From the sequence record PQ657772.1: a stretch of DNA of 64,000 nucleotides; one strand, given 5' to 3'. Both the position numbers and the translations under genes were made by a program. Below, one piece after another: positions 8,425 through 16,246 of the stretch. Below the pieces are notes generated by a model. The model saw nothing but the letters and a program-made list of their open reading frames with translations, did no database searches and had not been told where the DNA came from. How positions within the stretch are numbered: the first letter of the stretch is position 1; each line of letters starts with the position of its first letter.

Positions 8425-8739
8425 TTAATCCTCGGATTTAATTTTAACCTTAACATCTTGATTTTGTAAATCACGAATAGTTTTAATTAATGCATCATGT
8501 TTTAGTGCACAGTCATTGTACATTGCATCCCATTTTGCAAGTACTGCGAGAATTTCAGCACCATCATATCCTCTGAACCCATTTTTATCGACCATGATCT
8601 TACTTGGTAGTGGTGTGTTTTCATCACAACGTTCAAGTAAGATTTCTTGTTCTACAATTGGCTTAGGTTGATACTTAATTTCTTCAGCACAACCACTAAT
8701 TAATAGAAAAGAAATTGCAAATACTAAAGCGTATTTCAT
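8425..8739 (-). CDS. Rz1: o-spanin (Rz1-like lipoprotein)
   Basis: Lipobox LISGC, Pro-rich linker, Y.DCALKHDAL; 4-nt overlap with the i-spanin. Confidence 0.8.
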   Translation of the reverse strand: MKYALVFAISFLLISGCAEEIKYQPKPIVEQEILLERCDENTPLPSKIMVDKNGFRGYDGAEILAVLAKWDAMYNDCALKHDALIKTIRDLQNQDVKVKIKSED

Positions 8740-9110
8740 TTGAATTTATTCCTCGCTGCAAGGGAATTCTGTTTAAGTTCATTCAGAAGTTTAACGCCAT
8801 CTTCATCTAGACATACGTTTTTGTAAACTTCTCTTTCTACTATAATAGGCACTTGTGTCTCGATAACTTTAGCATTATCTTGCATTATCTTTTTGGTTTC
8901 TATATAGTTTTTTGCATTTTCTTGCTGCATCTTAGCGAGTGCAGAATCAACTTTCTTTTCTATTTTTTGGTCAATACTTTCTTTATAACCAGTATAATAA
9001 GTATTTGCTGACCATCCACCGTAAACACAACCTGCCATTACTCCTACTACCAAAATTGGTTTCCAATATGGTATTAAAACTTTTGAAACAATAATTTCTA
9101 GTACACTCAT
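8736..9110 (-). CDS. Rz: i-spanin (Rz-like)
   Basis: N-terminal TM, coiled coil, VPIIVEREVYKNVCLDEDG. Confidence 0.8.
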   Translation of the reverse strand: MSVLEIIVSKVLIPYWKPILVVGVMAGCVYGGWSANTYYTGYKESIDQKIEKKVDSALAKMQQENAKNYIETKKIMQDNAKVIETQVPIIVEREVYKNVCLDEDGVKLLNELKQNSLAARNKFK

Positions 9111-9163
9111 AATAACATCTCCTATAGTTGGTAATATTATTTAGAGTGTACTATATTATATGT

Positions 9164-9580
9164 TTACAACATTTTTTGAATATGATCTACGAGTTTATAC
9201 AGTTTAGTGTTTTCATTCTCGTATTCCAAATCAACTTCAACTTTGAATTCTTCTTCAAGTTCCATGATCATTTCAATCCAGTCAAGCCAATCGAATTTAA
9301 ATTTTTCCACGACTTCACATTTAGTAAGATGGAAGTTCATTGATACATCTTTTTCGGATGCATTTTTGTCGCGACTTGTAATGAATTTGACAATTGCTTT
9401 TTCAACGTCAGTTAATTCACGAGTGCGATATTCTGGTTCAAGATACCATTCGCCATTATTGATAGCTTCCAACGAAAGTCTAAGTTCATGCATTAGTTTA
9501 TAACGATCAGTACTTTTATGGATGCGGTTAACTTCGCGATTCAGTACACGTAGTGCGTCTTTGATTTGTTCGTTTAGCAT
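9164..9580 (-). CDS. acyl carrier protein-like fusion lacking the phosphopantetheine Ser
   Basis: C-terminal ~80 aa aligns to ACP: FDWLDWIEMIMELEEEFKVEV vs [21 protein letters not shown]; likely start MLNEQ. Confidence 0.75.
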   Translation of the reverse strand: MLNEQIKDALRVLNREVNRIHKSTDRYKLMHELRLSLEAINNGEWYLEPEYRTRELTDVEKAIVKFITSRDKNASEKDVSMNFHLTKCEVVEKFKFDWLDWIEMIMELEEEFKVEVDLEYENENTKLYKLVDHIQKML

Positions 9581-9590
9581 AACAATCCTC

Positions 9591-10829
9591 TTATTTTTTA
9601 CTGTACCATTGCATTTCACGGATATCTAATAGTACCTTCGTAGCCAACTTTATGTTTGGTCGCTTCGGTAGATGGGTCTTATGATACGCCACATTTCGGA
9701 TGTAGTCAACCTTTTCGTTGAAATAATCCATAACTTCTTGATACAACCACTTCCCGTTACGAATGTCCATCAACATAGCAGCATCCGGTCGGTGAACTTG
9801 GATGATACCAGTTTCAAGTGCTTCCTGTGCTGTATTCAGCAGCCTGACTGTATGCATTGCGTGTTTACAATCATAACCGTGGTGTGATTCAAGAATAGCA
9901 CGTTTGGCATTACGATTCTGCTTCCATTTGTGATAACTCTTACGGTTCTCACTATTTTCTTTGTATTCTTTTTCATTGAATTTTACAATGAGTTCAGGAC
10001 GAACTTTCAATTCTTCTGTAGTACGTTCTTTGTTGAAGTAACGTAGTGAACCATCAGCATTCACTGTACTTTCATTCGGGTTGATAATTACCCCAAAGAT
10101 GTTTTCACCGTAATGGATTAGTTCATATCCAGAATTGTAATTCAATAAATTGAAATCACGATCTAATACTTTATCAGTACTATAATTATGTACTAAACGT
10201 ACAAAATGATATTGTTTCAATGCTTGTGTTGAAACTAATTGTAATGAAGTATCACGCATGTATTTTTCAAAATCAATTTTTGTAGCATTGAATGGGTGAA
10301 GATTGGATTTATTCAAACGGTCAACCAAATACTGCGGGAATGTATCATACATCCATGAAAGTACTTCGTCAACTGGATGTTCTTCTAAAATTTCATTTAG
10401 TTTACGTTCAGCAATTCGTTCCTTATCGAGCCAGCCGTGGTGATTAGACATACGCTTAACCTGATTGTATGCATATCCACTGTATGAGTGTGCAATCTTT
10501 GAACTCAATAATTGCTGATTGAATGAGCGTAGATAGTCATAGATTTCAGTACTTTCTACGATGTGTTCCGGTTTAACCCATAGTGATTCAAGAATGTTTG
10601 GGTTAGCTTCAGTATACAGACTTAAGTACTGATTGATTTCATAAAATTTAGTATCTTCTTCAGAAGTATCTGAAACTTCCTTAACATTAAAAAAAGGAGT
10701 TAGGATATATTCTTTGTTTGCAAGGAAGATACCACGATAATCTGTATCACTTTCTGGTGTGCTTGTGCCATACGCCTGTGAACCTGCTAAGTGTTTCACA
10801 ATAGTTTGTTCTAGAAAATTGTTTTTCAT
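9591..10829 (-). CDS. DNA pol beta-fold nucleotidyltransferase (RlaP/YcgL-like)
   Basis: GSQAYGTSTPESDTDYRGIF, ANPNILESLW, YDCKHAMHTVRLL. Confidence 0.9.
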   Translation of the reverse strand: MKNNFLEQTIVKHLAGSQAYGTSTPESDTDYRGIFLANKEYILTPFFNVKEVSDTSEEDTKFYEINQYLSLYTEANPNILESLWVKPEHIVESTEIYDYLRSFNQQLLSSKIAHSYSGYAYNQVKRMSNHHGWLDKERIAERKLNEILEEHPVDEVLSWMYDTFPQYLVDRLNKSNLHPFNATKIDFEKYMRDTSLQLVSTQALKQYHFVRLVHNYSTDKVLDRDFNLLNYNSGYELIHYGENIFGVIINPNESTVNADGSLRYFNKERTTEELKVRPELIVKFNEKEYKENSENRKSYHKWKQNRNAKRAILESHHGYDCKHAMHTVRLLNTAQEALETGIIQVHRPDAAMLMDIRNGKWLYQEVMDYFNEKVDYIRNVAYHKTHLPKRPNIKLATKVLLDIREMQWYSKK

Positions 10830-11227
10830 AAGTAAATCGTTAACTCCTTTAGAAAACCATTATAGTATCGTTTAAAATCATGATCCAGTACTTGATAGTC
10901 ATTGTAACTAAATCCAAGATTGATGATGGTATCTTCTTGGAAGAATTTCTCTTCATTCATTACTTCGATGGGTTCGTATTCTTTCCCACCTTTATATACT
11001 TTAGTAAAGAACATACCATCATTGTTAATTTCAACGTACATGAAATTATTTTCTGGATCTCGTGGACACACAATGTTTAGTGAACTGGTCCCGTTGTTAT
11101 TATATTCGTATGAAATAATATCAAAAGAATCGATGCCATAACATTTGGACTTTTCTTTGTCACCAAAGACTTTTCTATCTGTACTCATATTGCGTATAGT
11201 ACTGTAGATATCATCGATTGTAGTCAT
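10826..11227 (-). CDS. hypothetical protein (EE.FFQ motif family)
   Basis: MNEEKFFQEDTII. Confidence 0.7.
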   Translation of the reverse strand: MTTIDDIYSTIRNMSTDRKVFGDKEKSKCYGIDSFDIISYEYNNNGTSSLNIVCPRDPENNFMYVEINNDGMFFTKVYKGGKEYEPIEVMNEEKFFQEDTIINLGFSYNDYQVLDHDFKRYYNGFLKELTIYL

Positions 11228-11229
11228 AA

Positions 11230-11739
11230 TTAACCACCGTACTTTGACTTATATGTTTCTAAAGATAAAGAAATGCGATTTTGCTTTTTAATTCTTTCAT
11301 CAATATCCTTTGAATTCTTAACACTTCTGTATACATCAGCTAATAAATTATAATCTTCTTTATTTGAGCTATGTAATGCCCAACCTATATCTGTTTTGAT
11401 TCGAACATATGCTTTATTTGATGTGAAATAAAAATTGAATCCGTTAGACCCATCAAAAATATCATAAGTATTTACCCAATCTCCATAAGGAAAACTCATT
11501 GGTACTGACTCATAATCAATGGTGATATCCGATAAATTTTTAGAACAGTACTTTACAAAGTGGTAAACAATCGGATCACATTTTGATAATTCGTATTTGT
11601 ATTCAATGATAGTTTTTCTATTAGTATCATTGATGGCATATTCTTTTATCAATGGACTTTTTTTGATGATAAGAGTCCATAGAAACGATTCTAATCCAGT
11701 TTCATCAACTTTTTCTTTCTTTTTGAAAAATGAAATCAT
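11230..11739 (-). CDS. hypothetical protein, tandem paralogue 1 of 3
   Basis: KKSP.IK....D..R..IIE.KY.LSK. Confidence 0.75.
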   Translation of the reverse strand: MISFFKKKEKVDETGLESFLWTLIIKKSPLIKEYAINDTNRKTIIEYKYELSKCDPIVYHFVKYCSKNLSDITIDYESVPMSFPYGDWVNTYDIFDGSNGFNFYFTSNKAYVRIKTDIGWALHSSNKEDYNLLADVYRSVKNSKDIDERIKKQNRISLSLETYKSKYGG

Positions 11740-12257
11740 TTATATAAACCCTTAATTTTCTGTCTATTATGTATATCATTTTGCTGAATTTTCAAATTAG
11801 TAAGATTGTGTCTTACACCTTCAACGCCACGCATTATTTGTAACATAATTAGTGATTCGTCATATGTTAGAACATTGCTATTATTATCGATATATACTTT
11901 CACTCCACTTTCAAGATAATCATTTTCTTTGGAGTTAAAGTTTCTAATAGCAAACTTAACGCCATTTGTTGCATCACTGAATACATATCGTTCCGCACCG
12001 TAGAATGTTTTTCCACGAAATAAACCGCCTTCTTCAAACTTCCAACGACTGGATTCATAATCATTAACGTAATCAATGATTAATGGTAGCAAAGGGTGTT
12101 TGCTCAATTTATATTTTGCTTCTAACAGAACACGACGATCTTGATCTGTATTGATGATATCTTTAAGTGTGAAACTTTTTGATATAATTTTAAAGATAAT
12201 TTCATGCCAAATTAAAGTACTGTTTTGTTTTCCAACTGGGCCAAAAAACATATTCAT
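11736..12257 (-). CDS. hypothetical protein, tandem paralogue 2 of 3
   Basis: SKSFTLK...TDQDRRVLLEAKYKLSK. Confidence 0.75.
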   Translation of the reverse strand: MNMFFGPVGKQNSTLIWHEIIFKIISKSFTLKDIINTDQDRRVLLEAKYKLSKHPLLPLIIDYVNDYESSRWKFEEGGLFRGKTFYGAERYVFSDATNGVKFAIRNFNSKENDYLESGVKVYIDNNSNVLTYDESLIMLQIMRGVEGVRHNLTNLKIQQNDIHNRQKIKGLYK

Positions 12258-12263
12258 TCCTCA

Positions 12264-12830
12264 TTAGTATAAATCAGTAATGTCTTTGTATGCATTAATC
12301 TGTTTTTGTTGTAATGAAAGTTCATTGAGTTTAGTTACCATTTTATCTACGCCAACACGTATATAGAAAATAATAAATGAATCTAACTTGCCTAGAGTAA
12401 TTCTTGAACTGAAAGTTGAAAGTTTTCTTGCATAAACATAAATTTCTTCTTCACTTGGTAAACGTTTCTCAATCAGCAAGTTTTCCACACCATTCGGCTC
12501 ATAATCAATCTCGAACTCTACGCCTATCACAGTATCTTGAATGATATCAGTATATGAACCACCGAAAAAAAACTCTCTTGGTTTGGTTCTCCAACGAGGA
12601 CTAAATGGGTCAGATGCGTATTCTTTTACAAATTTGTAAAAGGACATTTTACTGAGCATATACTTCATCTCAATTAGTGCTTTGCGGTCATCATCAGTTT
12701 TAAACTCTGCTTTGAGCGATGGACTTTTACACAGTAACTTAACTAAATTGTTGTACATCTTTAATGTACGTTGGTCTTTCATTTCTTGGATTTTGTGACG
12801 CTTTGGTGGTGGTAGTAAAGATTTGACCAT
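12264..12830 (-). CDS. hypothetical protein, tandem paralogue 3 of 3
   Basis: CKSPSLK...TDDDRKALIEMKYMLSK. Confidence 0.75.
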   Translation of the reverse strand: MVKSLLPPPKRHKIQEMKDQRTLKMYNNLVKLLCKSPSLKAEFKTDDDRKALIEMKYMLSKMSFYKFVKEYASDPFSPRWRTKPREFFFGGSYTDIIQDTVIGVEFEIDYEPNGVENLLIEKRLPSEEEIYVYARKLSTFSSRITLGKLDSFIIFYIRVGVDKMVTKLNELSLQQKQINAYKDITDLY

Positions 12831-12853
12831 AATTTCCTCCTGTATTTTCTAGC

Positions 12854-12893
12854 ATTATACACATAAAAGAAAAGCCCGTCAATAGACGAGCTT
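12854..12893 (-). promoter_or_regulatory. sigma70-type promoter TTGACG-N17-TATAAT overlapping a terminator hairpin
   Basis: -35 at 12877-12882 lies in the 3' arm of AAGCTCGTC-TATT-GACGGGCTT; -10 at 12854-12859. Confidence 0.8.
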
Positions 12894-12900
12894 AAAATTT

Positions 12901-15630
12901 TTAATGCCAACGTGTACCAGAGCTTGAAGGAACACCAGAACTTGCAGGGATAGCAGAACCACGCTTAGTTGTACTAGGTCTGTATGTCAAGAATCGTGTT
13001 ACCTTTTCAGTATCAATTGACGTAATACTCGTACTTCCAGTAACAATATCACCAACATATACGTTTGTCAATGTCTCATCAAGAAGAGTTGTACTGATAA
13101 CGTATGCCGCTTTTCTTGTGTTACGGTTCATTTGAATGTAAAGATAAAAAGTACTGTTAGCTGGGTTAGTTTTAATAGTACTTAATTCTATGGTTTGAAT
13201 CGCTAATCTATCAAACATACCACCAAGGAATACCGGAACTTCACGGGTGAAGTACACAGTGAAACCTTCAGCAACATCTTGTGAAACTACTACGATTTTA
13301 TCTTGTACTGTTCCTGAACCATCAATCAACCCATCCATCTGTGTTGATGTTGTCCCAAAGAGACTAAACACTGCTTTAGTTTGATAATCTGAATCTTGAA
13401 GATGATAGTATCCAAATCCAACACCTGGTATAACTCCGTGCTGGAATGCATTGCCATTATCTATGTAGCTGGATGACATAAATCGGTTAGATGTAATCAA
13501 ACCATTCACTGTTTTAGCAATCATCAATTTGAATTGAGCATTACCAGGTTGTGAAAACTGATGAACTGCATCAACACCAATATAACCAAAACCAGAATAC
13601 TTAGCAACAGTTAGACCAGTACAGCGTTTCATATAGGCTTCGGTTACAATACCTGTTACAGAATTAAGTGTTTCGTATCTAGAACTCACCATAGACGCAG
13701 AACTAATATTGGTTCCTGAAACCGTGACATCAACTTCAGAATATATTGCATAACCTTGGTTATTGCCTAAGTTATATGCAGAAACCACCGCAATAGATTT
13801 TGAGAAAGAACTATCTGGTACATAATATAAAGCAATTTTACCAGAAAATGCTCCTACTATTCCAATATTAGCAAGTATTTCTTGTTTTAATGTTTCCAGA
13901 ACATTATCACCAATTGTATAAGAACCATCAAATTCTAAAGTATCTGGGTTAAACAAACCACCACTTGTTTTGTATACACCTTCAATGAATGATGTCCCAT
14001 AACATTTAACTGAACCGTCAGTATCAATTAATGAAATCATACCTGTATATTTGTAGTTGTCGCCGAGGCGAGTTCGGTTGGCTTGTGGTGCAAAACCATT
14101 AAGTGTTGTATTGTTTTGTACTGAATTGAACTGGAAGGTTGGATCAGTACCAATTTCAGAAAATACTGTATTGTTATAACCATATGACTCATCTTCATAT
14201 GTTCCAGAACATGCTAACAGTACTTTACGTTTATCAATAAAACGTGTTCCTAAAAGGTTTTCGCCTACTGCACTACCATATGTTGGTGCAACGTTTACAA
14301 ATTTGGAATTGTTCGCTTTACGAGTACTGGCAACCCAACTATCATATGGTGTTCCTGTTACGTTATAAACCTGAATACCATAGGTTTCAGATGAACTCCA
14401 ACGAGCACGTGTGCTGAATACTAAACCGTCATAGGTTTGGCATATAGAACCAACGTTGCCTAATTGCGGAACACCTAACTGTGTACCCATGAAGTTATTC
14501 ATCTCAATGGCAAATGGGTTTGTTAGTGTGAATCCATCAACATCATTATATTCCGCTGCTATTGGTGCTCTACTACTTCCATCAATTGATAATGATTTAG
14601 AGTTGATAGTATAAACAAAACTAAAACCACTAGCATAAACAGTACTAATATATAGATTTGATACTAAACGGTTAGTTGGGAATAATGTAATTCTAATCTT
14701 TGATAAATCTGGACTTACGTTTGCTTGTATATTATAATCTGTATAATCTGAATATTCAACTCGTGTAACTGGTGAAGTGCATTCAAATAATGAATCACTA
14801 CTAGTTCCAACTGAATATAATCTTTCATAAATTTTCAAATTATTAGCACTTGTGTAGTTAACACTTCTTAAGGTTTGACCAGAAAAACCAGTAACCTTAG
14901 CAAAAGTACTCATAGTACCATCTTTAATACTACTTGTATTAACAGTATATAATGTTAAAGCCAAACCATAGTTTGCTATAGTAGTGTCTTTGCACCACAC
15001 AAATACTTTATCATTAACGATATGTGCATACAATGGTTTATCTGTACCAAATGATGTAGCAGCGATAGAAGCGTGAATATGTGCAACTTCGTTAAATGTA
15101 CCATTTGTTAAAGTGAAAATATAATTACTTGCACTAGATAGGCTAACTAGTAATTCATAACCATTCGTTCCGATGAACTGTTTAACATTTTCAGTACTTG
15201 GAAGAATTCTCGGATGATATTTTGATGTAGTACTGATAACACTACTTTGTGTTAGTGCATCAATATTACGCAAATCACGAATGAATGCATAGTAATATCC
15301 TTCAGTACTACCATTTGTACCAGCACGTAATACCACACCAGTACCATCATCTTCGACTATTGTTGGTTGCATACGGTATACATCTGAAAGCGACGTTGCC
15401 CCTTCGTATGAACCATTAACGTTTAATGGTAGATAATCCATTTCCCCTATACGGGAGATTGGTAACATATCAAGTATTTTTTGAACTTCTGATCTTTTAT
15501 AAATTGGATAGTCAACAATACCTGTATTTGCGTCTGGTGCTGTACCATTAAAAGTACGCATAGCGTACTTTCCACCAATTGCCAAATTTCCAAGTATAGC
15601 AGCACTACCAATGATGCGTTTGGATGACAT
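12901..15630 (-). CDS. tail fibre/baseplate-associated structural protein (909 aa)
   Basis: Ser/Thr/Gly-rich beta-type composition; N- and C-termini shared with the two adjacent ORFs. Confidence 0.7.
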   Translation of the reverse strand: MSSKRIIGSAAILGNLAIGGKYAMRTFNGTAPDANTGIVDYPIYKRSEVQKILDMLPISRIGEMDYLPLNVNGSYEGATSLSDVYRMQPTIVEDDGTGVVLRAGTNGSTEGYYYAFIRDLRNIDALTQSSVISTTSKYHPRILPSTENVKQFIGTNGYELLVSLSSASNYIFTLTNGTFNEVAHIHASIAATSFGTDKPLYAHIVNDKVFVWCKDTTIANYGLALTLYTVNTSSIKDGTMSTFAKVTGFSGQTLRSVNYTSANNLKIYERLYSVGTSSDSLFECTSPVTRVEYSDYTDYNIQANVSPDLSKIRITLFPTNRLVSNLYISTVYASGFSFVYTINSKSLSIDGSSRAPIAAEYNDVDGFTLTNPFAIEMNNFMGTQLGVPQLGNVGSICQTYDGLVFSTRARWSSSETYGIQVYNVTGTPYDSWVASTRKANNSKFVNVAPTYGSAVGENLLGTRFIDKRKVLLACSGTYEDESYGYNNTVFSEIGTDPTFQFNSVQNNTTLNGFAPQANRTRLGDNYKYTGMISLIDTDGSVKCYGTSFIEGVYKTSGGLFNPDTLEFDGSYTIGDNVLETLKQEILANIGIVGAFSGKIALYYVPDSSFSKSIAVVSAYNLGNNQGYAIYSEVDVTVSGTNISSASMVSSRYETLNSVTGIVTEAYMKRCTGLTVAKYSGFGYIGVDAVHQFSQPGNAQFKLMIAKTVNGLITSNRFMSSSYIDNGNAFQHGVIPGVGFGYYHLQDSDYQTKAVFSLFGTTSTQMDGLIDGSGTVQDKIVVVSQDVAEGFTVYFTREVPVFLGGMFDRLAIQTIELSTIKTNPANSTFYLYIQMNRNTRKAAYVISTTLLDETLTNVYVGDIVTGSTSITSIDTEKVTRFLTYRPSTTKRGSAIPASSGVPSSSGTRWH

Positions 15631-15646
15631 ATTCTTTTTCCTTTAA

Positions 15647-16234
15647 TTACCAGCCTAATGTACCAGTTTGTGTTGGATTTCCAGTACTGACTGGGAAAGA
15701 TGAACCTTTTTGTGTTGTACTTGGTCTGTATGTATTGAATCGTGATACGCGTTCAATGTTGATAGCAGTAATACCAGAAGTTCCAACGGTAATAGTCCCG
15801 ATGAACATTATAATCTGTGATTCTTGTAATTGTGAAGTTGAGATTCTATAAATTGGCTCACCCAGTACTAAAGTAGCGTATACATATTGTGTTTGTGTGC
15901 CTGATGCCACTGTTGGTGCTGTCACTGCAACAACAGGGTAATTATAAAGATAGCCACCGATGAATGCAGGTATCTCTCGGTTAAAACGTAATGAATAACC
16001 GCTTGATGTAATTGACAAACTAGATACATCATAAAGTTCACCATATTGTGATAATGGTAAACCGTTAACAATAGAATCAACTTCATCTTTTGTTAAGAGG
16101 GGGAATGTACATTCCCCATTTGCGTCTGTTCGATACGATACGTCATTAATATCACTAATAGATAGTCCAGTGTTTTTATTCTGGACTACGATTTGTGACA
16201 TAGCTTCGATATCGGATCTTATAATATATGCCAT
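15647..16234 (-). CDS. short paralogue of the flanking structural proteins (195 aa)
   Basis: LPLSQYG near the N-terminus; RFNTYRPSTTQKGSSFPVSTG.P...G..W C-terminus. Confidence 0.75.
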   Translation of the reverse strand: MAYIIRSDIEAMSQIVVQNKNTGLSISDINDVSYRTDANGECTFPLLTKDEVDSIVNGLPLSQYGELYDVSSLSITSSGYSLRFNREIPAFIGGYLYNYPVVAVTAPTVASGTQTQYVYATLVLGEPIYRISTSQLQESQIIMFIGTITVGTSGITAINIERVSRFNTYRPSTTQKGSSFPVSTGNPTQTGTLGW

Positions 16235-16246
16235 AAGATTAATCCT

